Below are positions 26,426-46,015 of a stretch of DNA of 64,000 nt, piece after piece (positions within the stretch are counted from its first letter, which is position 1; every line of letters begins with the position of its first letter). This stretch comes from the human T2T-CHM13v2.0 reference genome, Homo sapiens, in assembly GCF_009914755.1 (NCBI RefSeq), contig NC_060925.1. One strand, 5' to 3'. The position numbers were made by a program, and so were the translations under genes. A model generated the notes under the pieces. The model saw only the letters and a program-made list of their open reading frames with translations, had not been told where the DNA came from and searched no databases.

Positions 26426-27616
26426 TCACAGAGGAAACAGAGTGTATTAAAATATAGCTACCAAAATAATGAATAAACAAACTTCCAATAGAGTAATATA
26501 CATTTTTGAATTAATACATTACTTAATAAGACAGTATATTATAAATATGGGCAAGTCAAAGTTTTAATTTGATTTTAAAATGACACATCAGTGAGGGTGG
26601 TTGCTACGCTTTAATACGAGTGTTAAACTGTGAAGTGCTCTTTGACTCACCTCCTTCCACTGATTGATAAACTAATGTGAATAGGGGATCCTGGAAAGCA
26701 ATTAATGTGTCTGGGTCACCAGTGTGAGAATGTGAGACATCATTGTCCCATGGCAAAGAGTTGTCTGATATTGGCTAGCAACATTGCAGGGGCATCAGAT
26801 GAAAAGACTTTGATCACCTGTATGCAGCAGGAAATGTAATAATTACCTTACTTTTGAGATGTCTGCAACAACTGTCATGTAATATGAATATCTGTGATTT
26901 CCTCTGGGTCACAAACACACACATATTGCTAATGTGACTGTGGATGTTTCTTGTATTCATAATCAAAGAAAATGACAAATGTCAATGGGACCCTGGTGAA
27001 AATAAAGATGCAATTACTTTCTTGTATGAGTTCATGTACCCCTTTGAATTCTGCCAGTGGTCTGCAGGTCAAGAATATAAGTCATTCATCACCAGCCCAC
27101 CCAAAGGTGAGATCAGTGTTACCCAACTTCTAATAGCTGGAAAATTCTGGCATGAGAAGAAAAGATGACATAGAGGTTGGATGCTGGGGAGGCCCCAAAG
27201 CAGGATTCCTCCCCCACATTCCACTTCTGTGGTTCATTCATGAAAATGTTAGAATTGGTCATTTGTACTTCCCTTGCTTTACCATTGAAAGTCCCACATC
27301 CTGGGAAACCCATCTGTCTTGAGCAAACCAGGAAAGTTCATCTCCCTAGTCATACAGCCTTCTCTGTGATCTCTGGGCATAAGTGAGTTCATGAATTTTG
27401 CTTTATCCACGTGAACTTCCACTTACCCTGGTTATAAATTATACAGAGCAAAAATTGATAGACGCACAAGCAGAAATAAATAAACCTACAATTTGAGAAA
27501 TTTAGATGTGCCTCTCTCAGTAAATGATATCAAACAGACAAAATGGGTAACAATAGAGAAATTTGAATGACATTTTCAACAATGAATGACATATAGAAAA
27601 GCAGGGAAATAGAAAG

Positions 27617-28140
27617 TGTTGGGAGCAAGCCCCCCAAAATCTGGCCATAAACTGGCCCCAAAACTGGCCATAAACAAAATCTCTGCAGCACTGTGATATG
27701 CTCATGATGGCCATGAAGCCCACACTGGAAGGTTGTGGGTTTACCGGAATGAGGGCAAGGAACACCTGGCCCACCCAGGGCAGAAAACTGCTTAAAGGCA
27801 TTCTTAAGCCACAAATAATAGCATGAGCGATCTGTGCCTTAAGGACATGCTCCTGCTGCAGTTAACTAGCCCAACTAGTAAACTAACCATCCCTTTATTT
27901 CGGCCCATCCCTTTGTTTCCCATAAGGGATACTTTTAGTTAATTTAATATCCATAGAAACAATGCTAATGACTGACTTGCTGTTAATAAATACATGGGTA
28001 AATCTCTGTTCGGGGGTCTCAGCTCTGAAGGCTGTGAGACCCCTGATTTCCCACTTCACACCTCTATATTTCTGTGTGTGTGTCTTTAATTCCTCTAGTG
28101 CCAGTGAGTTAGGGTCTCCCAGACCGAGCTGGTCTCAGCA
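27617..28140 (+). mobile_element. MER9 solo LTR (HERV-K HML-3)
   Basis: TGTTGGGAGCAAGCCCCCCAAAATCTGGCCATAAAC...GGTCTCAGCA; 6-bp TSD agaaag/agaaaa. Confidence 0.85.
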
Positions 28141-28164
28141 AGAAAACTTAAAAATTAGTAAGGC

Positions 28165-28297
28165 TAGTAGGACGTGGTGGCTCACACCTGTAATCCCAGC
28201 ACTTTGGGAGGCCGAGGCAGGCGGATCATGAGGTCAGGAGTTTGAGACCAGCCTGGCCAATATGGTGAAACCCCATCTCTACTTAAAAAAAAAAAAA
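28165..28297 (+). mobile_element. Alu left-arm fragment with poly(A)
   Basis: Alu 5' sequence ending in an A-run. Confidence 0.8.
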
Positions 28298-28559
28298 GAG
28301 TAAGGCTAATGACATTTTGTGGTGGCAAGATTCCTGGGAAAACAGGAATTCATAACTATCTAGGGCTATTATTTTGAAAGGAAATGTGGCAATATCTGGG
28401 AAATTTTAAGATGAGCACATCTATGATTCAGCAATTCCACTAATAGATGTTTATTGGGGACAAAACTCACCCATGTGCACAAGGAGACATTTCAGCCCTG
28501 TTCATAATAGCAAAAAGTCCAAAAGCCTAATCAGTGCTCAATTAAGGATGGGTAATTTG

Positions 28560-28790
28560 AGCCGGGTGCAGTGGTGTGCACTTGCAGTCCCAGCTACTCC
28601 AGAGGCCGAGGCAGGAGAATTCCTTGAGCCCAGGAGTTTGAGACCAGCCTGGGTGATACAGTGAAATGACGACAGTGACGATGACGGAGGAAGAGGAAGA
28701 GGAGGAGAAGAGGAAGAGGAAGAAGGAGAAGAAGAAGAAGAGAAGGAGGAGGAAGAGGAGAAGAAGAAGAAGAAGAAAGTAAAAGAACGG
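28560..28790 (+). repeat. Alu monomer followed by (GAC)/(GAG/GAA)n purine microsatellite
   Basis: FLAM-like 28560-28665, then gacgac...gaggaagaagaa runs. Confidence 0.8.
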
Positions 28791-29190
28791 AGAAATGTAT
28801 CATGCAAACAGAAATCACAAGAAAGCTGGTGTCGCTCTACTAATATTACAGAATAGACTTGAAAACAAAAAGATGATACTCTTTTAAAGAGAGACATTTT
28901 ATAATCATAAAAGGGTCAATGTGTCAGGAAGATATAATAATCATAAACATATATGCACTTAACAACAGAGGCCAAATATATGTGAAGTAAAAACTGACAA
29001 ATGAAGGGAGAACTAGGCAATTCAACAATAGTAGTTGAATACTTTCAATAATGAATACAATATCTTGGCAGAAGACCAACAATGAAATAGAAAACTTAAA
29101 CTACACTATAAACCAAAAACTTAAACTACACTATAAACCAACTATACCTAAAATACATCTTTAGAACACTGCACCCAATAAATTATACAA
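28790..29190 (+). mobile_element. Old L1M ORF2 endonuclease fragment
   Basis: Degenerate ...ataaaagggtcaat...caggaagatataataatcataaacatatatgcac...; more old L1 pieces nearby. Confidence 0.65.
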
Positions 29191-29199
29191 GAAAAGAAA

Positions 29200-29505
29200 A
29201 ATTGACCTTTGAACAACACGGGTTTGTGTTTGAACTCTGTTCATTCACTTATATGTTACTTTTCTGCTGCCTCTGCTACCCCTGATATGACAATACCAAC
29301 CCTTCTCTCTTTCTCCCTCTTCCTCCTCCTCCTCAGCCAACTCAGCATGAACACAATGAGGATGAAGGCATTTATGATGACCCCACTTCCTCTTAATAAA
29401 CAGTAAATATATATTATCTTCCTTGTGATTTTCTTAATAACATTTTCTTTTCTCTAGCTTATGTTATTGTAAGAATTCACTATATAATACATATAATGCA
29501 CAAAA
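29200..29505 (+). mobile_element. Tigger2/MER28-like DNA transposon fragment
   Basis: ttgacctttgaacaacacgggtttg resembles the Tigger2 terminal sequence. Confidence 0.6.
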
Positions 29506-30127
29506 AAATGGGTAGATAACCTGAGGTTTATTCAAACAGTGGACTACTTTATAGTATTTGAAATAATTTAAGTAGAGTTACATGAACCAATAAGGATAAA
29601 CTTAAAACACACTAAATACTGAAAAAAGAAGCAGGTTGCAAAATGATATGGTATGATACTATTTATTTTAAATTTTTAAGAACACACAAAATAATACTTT
29701 ATATTGTCTATGGATACATACATAGGTGGTAGAAATACAAATGCATGCATGGCAATGATACTTATCAATTAAAAATTTTTCCTGTGGGGAATAAGGGAGA
29801 AAGGAAGGACTCCTGCCCATAGGACCACTAATGCTACTCTAACCCTAATCAGGACTGGGTACTGAGTGTGGGGAGATTCCCTCACCCCAGTTGGGAGTAG
29901 CCACAGGGTGTTAATCAGATTCCAAGGCAACCCTTGCTCTCTATCCATCGCACATGAATTTGAGCTTGTGATCTTGGGCACAACCCACAATCTCTGGACC
30001 TCGGTCAACCCATTTGTGAAACGAACTAAAGATATTTGCCCTGGAGAGTGGCAAACTCAGTGTCAACCTTCACACTGTCAGAAGCAAATGGGGAAGATAA
30101 TCTAGACTGCCTTGTACTGTGTGGCTT

Positions 30128-30599
30128 TGTAGCAGCACAAGCTGCAGACAAAGCCTCTCAGACACCGAGTTGTAGAAGGAAGGGCTTTATTCAGCTGGGA
30201 GCATCGGCAAGCTACTGCCTTAAAATCTGAGCTCCCCGAATGCACAATTTCTGTCCCTTTTAAGGGCTCACAACACTAAAGATTTCACATGAAAGGGTCG
30301 TGATTGATTTGAGCAAGCAGGCAGTACATGACAGGGGCCACATGCACTGGTGGTCAGAGAGAAACAGAACAGGGCAGGGAGTTTCACAATGTTCTTCTAT
30401 ATGATGTCTAGAATCTATGAATAACATCGGTTTCTAAGTTATGAGTTGATTTTTAACTACTGGGTTTAGGCCAGGCAGGCCCAGGCCTGGTTTTTGGCCT
30501 GGCGCCGGGCTGCCTGTCTTTGGTTTTACTTCCTTGTCGTTTTTTCTTAAAACGGGTACTGAGTATAAAACAATATCAGAGGGTCTCTCTCTTCCCTCA
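30128..30599 (-). mobile_element. LTR2B solo LTR (HERV-E/Harlequin group)
   Basis: Minus strand TGAGGGAAGAGAGAGACCCTCT...GCTACA with AATAAA; perfect 4-bp TSD GCTT. Confidence 0.85.
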
Positions 30600-31596
30600 G
30601 CTTCACTGTCAAGTAAGAATTTCTCTCCCCAGGGGAAGCAGATGGAATTAAAACATGGTGATTATTCTTAAACACCTCACGCAACGGCTGCTACACACCA
30701 TCTGTGAAGTCAGTTGCAGATCTATGATGAGGAAGTAGAATCATGTGGTCCCCAGGCCCTTTGCTGAAATGTCTTTCTGCTGGGTAATTAATTACGTGGT
30801 GTTGAAATGCTCTGCGTCAACTCCCTTTGGTTTAGTCATCATGCTTGCTTAATGTTCTGTTAATGTCCATGCTGCTTTCTAGGAACTTGCACATCAGCAT
30901 CGCTGTCCAGGTTAAAGGAATTTGCAATGTCCCCGTAGGCCCTGAATTTCTACCCTGAATGAAACAATGAAAAGGGGGTGACCATACTCTCATCTTCCCC
31001 AGCTTCCTGGTTGCTGCAGTGTAGGGGGTTGGCTGTGGGTGGTGGGTAATGAATCCCTGTTGGCTCCTATTGCCAAACAGACTGATTACACATCAGCTCT
31101 GATAACTGACGGATCCCACCCTCAGACAAAAGCAAGAAAATGTGGGTAGCAGTTTGCATTGTAATTAGTAGGGAATAAAAGGCTCTAAGTGCCTCATGAT
31201 TTCTGGTTCATTGGAATTGAAAACAAAGTAAGGTCTGGTACTGAGGGAGAGTCAGTCCCTATTTGGTTGACCCCAAAACATTTGCAATTAGATTTGCTGG
31301 ATCTGGGATCCCAAGAGATTTTGAACCATGGGGTGGGAAGCCACCAAATTCAAATTCTTGATGGCATGATGGGCTTGATCCATGGGGAATGGGGCTCCCC
31401 CAACCCCTTTCTGCTGCCACCAACAGCTGAGGCTGGTGTTGGGGAAGAAGAACCCAACAGTCCAGCAGGCAGAGGCAGCAAGTCACTGGTAGGCTGTCCT
31501 CAGTAAGATCTTGTCTCTGCTCAGCAGCCCCAAGTGGATGAGTATTTTGTTTTTTATTGTGGCAAAATATACATAACATAAAATTTACCATTTTAA

Positions 31597-32293
<697 letters not shown>

Positions 32294-33454
32294 TCAAAGT
32301 AAGGACATCCTGTCACATAACCTCTAATTATTTCAGCAAGCATCTCTTTAAAAAAAAGGACACTCTCCTACATAACCGCATGGTTATTATCCCACCTAAA
32401 AAAGTAACAGCAATTCCCTAATGTCATGTAAATTCCAATGCAAATTTCCTCAATTTCCCTCCAAATGTCTTGTATAGCTGATGTTTTCAAACTATGCTCT
32501 AATCACTAACCACACATTGTAGTTAATTGTTGTATGTCTGAATTCTCTTGGTTTCCCCTTCTGCTTGTTTCTACGAGGCTGGGAGGGTTAAATTGCATAA
32601 CATCCCGCTTTCTGAATGGGCCTAATTATTTCCACTTGATGTTCCTTCATCTCCCGTATCTTCTATAAACTGAGATAAATGTCTGTAAGCTTGATTTGAT
32701 TTAAGCAGAACAGCCTTGGCAAGAGTAAATACTTCATGGGTGGCGATGAACTTCACCTTGAAACATGACTACTCCTTGGCAAAGCTGAATGTGACACCTC
32801 TGTGTGCCCTGGGCGGGGGTTCCCAAGTAGGACAATGCAAAACGACTCCAAATAATTCATCTTATTAGAAATGCAAGTGTTTTAAAATCACACGTTTTGT
32901 ATTGTAAGAATTGTGTTATGCAGTTCTTCTTCAGAAAAGGTTTTTCCTTGAAGGGCTAGAGCTGGCAGGTTAACACCAAAAACTAAAATAAAATGAGAGA
33001 CGCTTCAGTGAAAACACTAAGGACAATTGTTATTAGAGAATGTGGAAATCTTGAAAAAGAAAAGGGAGAAGGGTTCTAGGAGAGTTTAAAATTGTATATT
33101 TAAATAACATCCAAATAGTATTGTGAAAATGACAAACTATAGAGTTTCACATAAATTTTCAATGTGGAATTTGATATCATATTACATAAATCAATGCGAT
33201 ATGTGTTATATATGTGTTATGTTATAATTTAACCACATTATAACAATATTTTAAAAATAATGTTGAATATTGGCTATCTTTTCTGTCATTTCCTTTTTTT
33301 GAGATTTCAACAAATTTACTCAATATTGATGTAAATACATGAAATTTCATATGTAATGCATGGCCTTTAGTATCATAGGATTTGGCCTTCTAAAGTAAAT
33401 CACAGGTAAACAAAAGCATGCTGCATTTCCAAACTAACCAACAGTGTTGCAATC

Positions 33455-34253
<799 letters not shown>

Positions 34254-34434
34254 TCAACACCAGAAATAGATTATGAAGTCTTTTGCCTAAGCACTTCTAT
34301 AAAAGTTTCAGTGTTGACCAAAAGAAGACACAGTTTTCTCATTAAACTTTGTCTTGATGGGTCTCAAAATTCTGTGACAGATTTTTGGTCAAGTTGTTTC
34401 CATTAAAAATTACTGATTTTGAAAACTAATGACT

Positions 34435-34637
34435 TGCCAGGTGCAGTGGCATGTCTGTAATTCCAGGTACTCAGAAGGTTGAGGTGGGAGAATTGCTTGA
34501 ACCCAGGAGGCGGAGGTTGCAGTGAGCTGAGATGGTGCCACTGTACTCCAACCTGGGCAACAGAGTGAAACTGTGTCTCAAAAAACAAAACAAAACAAAA
34601 CCAAAACCAAAACCAAAACCGAAACCAAAACCAAAAA
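34435..34637 (+). mobile_element. Single-arm Alu with (CAAAA)/(CCAAAA)n tail in the EEF1A1P 3' UTR
   Basis: Alu right-arm sequence; UTR resumes on both sides. Confidence 0.82.
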
Positions 34638-36829
34638 ATCTGATTACTGAAAATTGCCACACGAAAACAAAACAAATATGATTCATAAAATATTCTCCTT
34701 CCCTTCTGAATCTTTTATGATGTATTATTATCATTAACCAGTCTTTTACTATTAAACTTAAATGGCCAATTGAAGCAAACTGTTCTAGACAGTTCTTCCA
34801 TGACTGATTAAGACTTGGGTGGCAGGTACTAGGGATAATGTTCATTTAGCCTTCCGAGCTTTCTGGGCAGGCTTGGTGACCTTGCCAGCTCCAGCACCCT
34901 TCTTGTCCACTGCTTTGATGAAACCAACAAACGGCAAAAGGACTCAGGGGAGCTCGTCAGAAAAGCTCTCAACACACATGGGGTTGCTAGAAACCATATC
35001 CATGGTGGAAGCATCACCTGATTTTAAGAATTTAAATCTTCCAGCTTCTTACCAGAACAGCAATCAGTCTTTTTCTTCAGCCCAGCAAACTTACAAGCAA
35101 TGTGAGCTGTCTGACAATTCAGCACAGGGCCACAATCAGTACTGATATGGCCTGGGTGGTTCAGGATAATCACCTGAGCAGTGAAGTCAACTGCTTCCAC
35201 AGGTGGGTCATTTATGCTGTCACCAGCAACATTGCCACAACGAACATCTTTGACAGACACATTCTTGACATCGAAGCCCACATTGTCCCCAGGAAGAGCT
35301 TCACTCAAAGCTTCATGATGCATTTCAACAGACTTCCCTTCAGTTGTAACATTGACTGGAGCAAAGGTGACTACTGTGCCGGGCTTGAGAACACCAGTCT
35401 CCGCCCAGCCCATAGAGACAGTACCAATATCACCAATGTTGTAGACATCCTGGAGAGGCAGACGCAAGGACTTGTCAGTTGGATGAGCTGGTGGCAGGAT
35501 GTAATTCAGAGCTTCAGGCAGCATGGTTCCACTGTCATTGCCATCATTACGGGTGACTTTCCATCCCTTTAACCCAGGCATGTGAACCCTTGGCACCAGC
35601 ATGCTGTCACAGTTCCAAACAGAAATTGGCACAAATGCTACTATTCAGGGGATAGGGGTTGTAGTCAATTTTCTTAATGTGAGTGCTGATTTTCTTAATG
35701 ACTTCCTTGTGTCTTTTCTGGCTGTAGGGTGGCTCGGTGGAATCCATTTTAACACCAACAATTAGTTGTTTCACACCCAGGGTGTAAGTTAGAAGGGCAT
35801 ACTCATGAGTCTGCTCATTCTTGGAGACACCAGCTTCAAATTCACCAACACCAGCAGCAACAATCAGGACAGCACAGTCAGCCTAAGATGTGCCTGTAAT
35901 GACATTTTCGATAAAGTCTCTGTGTCTTGGGGCATCAATGTTAGTCATGTAGTACTCGCTGGTCTCAACTTTCCATGGGGAGATGGTGACGTCAATGGTG
36001 ACATCACACTCTTGCTGAGCTTTCAGTGTGTGCAAGACCCAGGCTTATTTTAAAGGAGCCTTTTCCCATCTCAGCAGCCTCGTCTGTGACCAAAAGAAGA
36101 CACAAGTTTTTCTACCATTCTTTTATCAACTCCACCACATTTGGAGATCAGATGGCCAGTAGTGGTGGACTTGCCTGAATCTATGTGTCCAATGATGACA
36201 ATGTTGACAAGAATATTTTTCCTTTCCCATTTTGGCTTTTTGGAGTGGTTTTCATGATACCTGTGTTCTGGCAGCACACCCATTCCAAGAAAGCTCTTCT
36301 CTGACATTCTTGAGTGGTTTGAGGAGGGTAGGGCTTTATAACACTGAGGTGATACACATTATGTGTTTCTGAAGCCTCTAGAAGACTAGAGTTCACCCCT
36401 GAAATGACTTATAACAAAAGAATAAATAATGGCATTATTAAAAGGAAATTTATAAACATGAGGTTCAAGTAGTTCAAATAGTGGGATTGAGATAAAGAAA
36501 GCTAGATGCGTATGTTCAGCCCCTCCATGGGGCTAGAACTGAAGGAAACTTTTAGAGAAAACTTCAGAAGCAGATCTTTGTCTTTATTTTTTCCTTTTAT
36601 CATTGTTCTCTACATATCTAGTGCATGGAGACTATTTGTGACACTAGGTGCTCTTGTTCTCTGCCTTCTCTGGGGTTCCTGGAAGCCCTTCCTCACCTGT
36701 TCAGAATAGTCCAGCTCCTTCCCACCCTTGCACATCCCATTTAGTAGAGTGAAAGCCTGCATTGCCATCACTCAAGTAGGCCCTCAAGGGACCCACTCTG
36801 CCTCCAAGTGACTTTTCAATGTTTCCTTT

Positions 36830-37070
36830 GTGATATGGTTTGGCTGTGTCCCCACCCAAATGTCATCTTGAATTGTAGATCCCATAATTCCCATGTGTCA
36901 TGGAAGGGATCCAGTGGGAGGTAATTGAATCATGGGGGTAGGTCTTTCCTATGCTGTTCTCATGATAGTAAATAAGTCTCGTGAGATCTGATGGTTTCAT
37001 AAAGGGGAGTTCCCCTGCACATGCTCTCTTGCCTGCTGCCATGTAAGACGTGACTTTGCTCCTCATTCAT
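36830..37070 (+). mobile_element. THE1 LTR fragment
   Basis: tgatatggtttggctgtgtccccacccaaat start; truncated by L1 sequence. Confidence 0.8.
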
Positions 37071-38350
37071 CTCCCGCAATGGTTGAACTAACTTACATTC
37101 CTACCAACAGTGTACAAGCATTCCTATTTCTCCACAGCCTCACTAGCATCTGTTGTTTCTTGACTTTTTAATAATTGCCATTCTGACTGGTGTGAGATGG
37201 TATCTCATTGTGGTTTTGATTTGCATTTCTCTAATGATCAATGATGTTGAGCTTTTTTTCATGTTTCTTGGCCAATAGATGTCTTCTTTTGAGAAGTGTC
37301 TGTTCATATCCTTTGCCCACTTTTTGATGGGGTTGTTTGTCTAACTATTTTTTTACACTCATCAACCATACCCACCTCCCCCACCAGCCCTCCATTACCC
37401 TTGTCAGCCTCTGGTAACCATCCTTTTACTCTCTATGTCCGTGAGTTCAATTGTTTTTGATTTTTGTTTAGATCTCACAAATAAGTGAGAACATGAGGAG
37501 TTTGTCTTTCTGTGCCTAGCTTATTTCACTTAACATAATGATCTTCAGTTCCATCTATGTTGTTGCAAATGACAGGATCTCATTCTTTTTTACAGCTGAA
37601 TAGTACTCCATTGGGCATATGTACCACATTTTCTTTTTCCTTTCATCTGTTGATGGACACTTAGGTTGTTTCCAAATCTTGGCTGTTGTGAACAATGCTG
37701 CAATAAACATGGGAGTGCAGATATCTCTACCATATACTGATTTCCTTTCTTTTGGGTATATATCCTGCAGTGGGATTGCTGGATCATGTGATAGCTCGAT
37801 TTTTAGTTTTTTGAGGAACCTCCAAACTGTTCTTCATAGTAGTTGCACTAATTTACATTCCCACCAACAGTGTACCAGGGTTCTCTTTTCTCTACATCCT
37901 TGTCAGCATTTGTTATTGCCTGTCTTTTGGATATAAGCCATTTTAACTGGGGTGAGAGGATATCTCATTGTAGTTTTGATTTGCATTTCTCTGATGACTA
38001 AAGACGTTGAGCACCTTTTCATATGTCTGTTTGTCATTTGTATGTCATCTTCTGAGAAATGTCTATTCAGATCTTTTGCTCTTTTTGACTGGATTATTTG
38101 ATTTTTTTTCCTATAGAGTTGTTTGAGATCCTTATATATTCTGGTTATGAATCTCTTGTCAGATGGATAGTTTGCAAATATTTTTTCCCATTCTGTGGGT
38201 TGTCTCTTCACTTTGCTGATTGTATCCTTTGCTGTGCAGAAGCTTTTTAACTTGTTATCCCATTTGCCCATTTTTGCTTTGGTTGCCTGTGCTTGTGGGG
38301 TATTGCTCAAGAAATTTTGGCCATAATAATATCCTGAAGATTTTCCCCAT
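37071..38350 (-). mobile_element. L1 3'-end fragments (two pieces)
   Basis: ORF2 C-terminal [14 protein letters not shown]...[10 protein letters not shown]; the same region appears twice. Confidence 0.85.
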
Positions 38351-38402
38351 CCTATGATATTTTAATCCTCCTTAAAACTCAGTGCTCCAGGAAGCTTCCT
38401 GA

Positions 38403-38627
<225 letters not shown>

Positions 38628-39704
38628 TAAGTAAAGTGAACTTTTCCAAAGGAGGCATGTATTGAGCTGAATGGGTTAACTGATGCTGCAGTAACAAACA
38701 ACCCTCACATTTCAGTACTTAAACTAATAAGGTTGTGATTGCCTCAAACTATATCCCTATGAAGGGAGAGAGCTGGGGGCCCTGCTCTCTGCTGTCCCCA
38801 CCCTAGGAACTGGGCTGATAGAGTAACCACTGGCTGCTGACTGCTTCTGCAAAGGGACAGAGCGCATGGTGAATTAACACTGGCTCTTAAAGCTTCCTAC
38901 TGGCGGTAACATCACTTTACTCACATTTCATTAGCCAAAGCAAGCCACGTGGCCATATCCCATTTCAAGGGGGAGGAATATAATAGACCTTATTATTGCC
39001 AGAATGTTTGCTGTCCCCACCTGTGGAAGGATTATAATTCTTTCCTCATTAACATCTGGCCTAGCCACATGACTTGCTTTGGCTACTGGTCTTCAAGTAG
39101 AAATGTGCCATGAGGGACTGACTGCTCCCTTAGCCTGAGTCCTGGAGATGATGGAACAGAGCAAAACTGATCCACATGGGAACACTGCATGAGTGAGAAA
39201 GAAGTCTTTGTAGTTATAAGCTCCTATGATTTGGGGATAGTTTGTTACTGCAGTATAACTTAACTTACACTGATGGCCTCAGTGGGGAAGTATAATTTTA
39301 CCCCGTGATCAAGAGGAGACTTGGAAACGGCTAATGGGCAGCACTCATGACGAGCACATAGTGCCATTTGAATTGAAAACTGGAGAGAATAGCAGCTGGC
39401 TAGGCTGGAGGGAAAGGGTTTCTGAAAGAAGGACGCATGATTGCAGAGGTTTGGAACAGAGAGGGATGCAGTAAGTGGTGGGTATATGATAGGAAGGGTA
39501 GACTGGCAGGGACAGATGCCATCTGTTCTCTTGAGATTGACTGTTAGGTTTGGCCTGCATCAGACCCAGATCTAAGGTCACCTTTGAGATGACTTTTGTC
39601 AGTTCTGGTAGTAATTTGATTTGGATGAGGTCTTACCCCTCTCTGACCTTACAGATGCCTCTCTTAAACAGGCATAATAATAGTCACTTCTCAATGTTGT
39701 TGTG

Positions 39705-40217
39705 TGCTGAGACCAGTTCGGTCGGGGAGACCCTAACCCAGTGGCTCTAGAGGAATTAAAGACACACACACAGAAATATAGAGGTGTGAAGTGGGAAATC
39801 AGGGGTCTCACAGCCTTCAGAGCTGAGAGCCTCGAACAGAGATTTACCCACGTATTCATTAACAGCAAGCCAGTCATTAGCATTGTTTCTATAGATATTA
39901 GATTAACTAAAAGTATCCCTTATGGGAAACAAAGGAATGGGCCGAAATAAAGGGATGGGTTGGGCTAGTTATCTGCAGCAGGAGCATGTCCTTAAGGCAC
40001 AGATCGCTCATGCAATTGTTTGTGGTTTAAGAATGCCTTTAAGCAGTTTTCCACCCTGGGTGGGCCAGGTGTTCCTTGCCCTCATTCTGGTAAACCCACA
40101 ACCTTCCAGCGTGGGCATCATGGCCATCATGAACAAGTCACAGTGCTGCAGAGATTTTGTTCATGGCCAGTTTTGGGGCCAGTTTATGGCCAGATTTTGG
40201 GGGGCCTGTTCCCAACA
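39705..40217 (-). mobile_element. MER9 solo LTR (HERV-K HML-3)
   Basis: Reverse-complement homologue of 27617-28140; perfect 6-bp TSD GTTGTG. Confidence 0.87.
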
Positions 40218-40244
40218 GTTGTGAATACTATTCAATGAGTTAAG

Positions 40245-40420
40245 CACTGGTGGAAGAAGCCTGGGGTCTGGAATCAGACAGACCCATGTTTGAATCCTGG
40301 CTCTGCCACTTACTGACAACCATGGAAATTCTTCATTTTAAACATCTGTAAGCCTCTGATTTTTCATCTGTAAAATGGAGATGATGATTAGTGCTTCATG
40401 GGATTGTTATGAGGATGATA
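40245..40420 (+). mobile_element. MIR fragment
   Basis: ctggaatcagacagacc...tttgaatcctggctctgccacttact...catctgtaaaatgg core. Confidence 0.7.
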
Positions 40421-41356
40421 AGAAATAGTGAAATTATGCAATGCATAATTTATAAAGATTCCATATTCATTAATCCAACATGGGAGTCATAGAAACGTTG
40501 GACCTGGTTTATTTTTCTTCTGATCCTTGCTACAAAACAGATGATAGTTTTTATACATTTAAGGCAAAATAACATTGGCATCTTATTTTTGTGAAATATC
40601 TCCCTTAAGGTGAAGCTTCAGATATTGCACATAAAGAAGACCTTTAATAGCATAGTTAAAGAAAAACTGAAGTATTTTTTACTTTATTCACATGGCCATC
40701 CCAGGGCCTAAAGGGTCTAACCCCCATTGTTGGCTAGTCACCCTTGAATTCCAACTCCATGCTTAGTTCATAGGATCAAACTTGTTGCTTTGTTTGTAGT
40801 GATGTTCCAGAAGAAATGAGGATATAATCAGGCAGAATGAGCTGAAAACTATTTACCCACCAGAGCTCTGCACAAGCCGGTCACAGCCCTCTGAGAAAGA
40901 TAGAGCTGTCAGAGCCATTTGCTAAGAACTTTCTGCTAACATGTGTATCAGGCAGATGAGGCCAGGAACAGTCCTCTAACCCCAGGGATTTCAATTAACA
41001 CGGTTTAAACTAAGATCTTTACTTAGATTATCTCATTTAATCCTCAAAACAATGCTGGTATCAAACACTAACATATTAATTCCATTTTTCAGATGAGGAA
41101 ATGGAGGATCAGGAAAGGTGACATAATTTTATTAGAAGCTGGGATTCAGAAGAAGAACACAATCTCTGCATTAAATAACTTATTAAGGTTTTATAGTCAA
41201 GGGAACTGAAACCTGAGTGGCTTATTCAGGCCACAATATCCTTTTAGTTAATCCCCAGGTGTCCTAACTCCCAGGAAGAGCTGAGTTTTATATTTATGAA
41301 TATACACAAATTATAAATCAGGTGCCACCAAACCTGATGATCTTTCACAAGTGTGA

Positions 41357-41731
<375 letters not shown>

Positions 41732-41733
41732 TA

Positions 41734-42810
<1,077 letters not shown>

Positions 42811-42884
42811 CTTTTTTAATAAGAGAATAACTGGTGATCCTGGACCCCCCAGGATGGATGCAGAGATTGTGCAATCTGTTTTTT

Positions 42885-45275
<2,391 letters not shown>

Positions 45276-45276
45276 T

Positions 45277-45383
45277 AAAAATATGGAACGCTTCACGAAT
45301 TTGCGTGTCATCCCTGTGCAGGGGCCATGATAATCTTCTCTGTATCGTTCCAATTTTAGTGTATGTGCTGCCGAAGCGAGCAC
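45277..45383 (-). pseudogene. RNU6: Full-length U6 snRNA retrocopy fused to L1
   Basis: Minus strand GTGCTCGCTTCGGCAGCACATACACTAAAATTGGAACGATACAGAGAAGATT...CGTTCCATATTTTT; TSD caatctgtttttt at 42872-42884 and 45385-45397. Confidence 0.96.
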
Positions 45384-46015
45384 ACAATCTGTTTTTTTAA
45401 ACAACTTTGTTGAGATATGATTCATATACCATAAAATTTGACCTCTCAAAGCATACAATTCAGTGGTTTTTAGCATGTTTGCCAAGTCGAGCAGCCATCA
45501 TCTCTATCTAATTGCAGAATATTTTCACCACCGCAGAAGGAAACCCTGTCCCCACTAGCAGGCCCTCCCCATTCCTCTCTCCCCTTTCCCCAGTCATAGG
45601 CAACCACAAATCTACTCTCTGTCTCTGTGGACTTGTATATTCTGGATATTTTATATAAATGGAATCATATGATCATATATATATTTATTTATTTAACTTT
45701 TTAAACCATTTCACTTTTATTCTATTGAGAAGTGAGGTTCCAAACAGACTTTACTTTCCAAACTGTTTACCTATTGTCCCAGCACCACTTCTCTGTCCCC
45801 TTCACCTTCTTTGGTGATTGGTGATATGTTCCAGTTTTTGCTATCAGCTCTGCTTCTGGGCCCTCAATTCTGCCCCATTGATGTTTCTGTTCAGGATACC
45901 TACAGGGTGTGAAGTCAGATAGGAGTTGATCTAAATCCCAGATCTCATATGTTAGCTGTGACATCCATTTATTAATTTATCCTACAAATATTTACTGAAT
46001 TCTGTGCCAAGGCTT

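Larger units (their letters stand above)
25848..27080. mobile_element. Degraded hAT-Charlie-type DNA transposon (MER119/Charlie7-like) interrupted by Alus
   Basis: CAGTGGTTCT terminus and ...cccttctcaga...aaatgca...aaggaaac resemble a recalled consensus; boundaries approximate. Confidence 0.4.

Noticed and set aside
45277-45383. Functional U6 gene
   Set aside because: Flanked by a TSD, fused to L1, has several substitutions, and no PSE/TATA arrangement is evident upstream.
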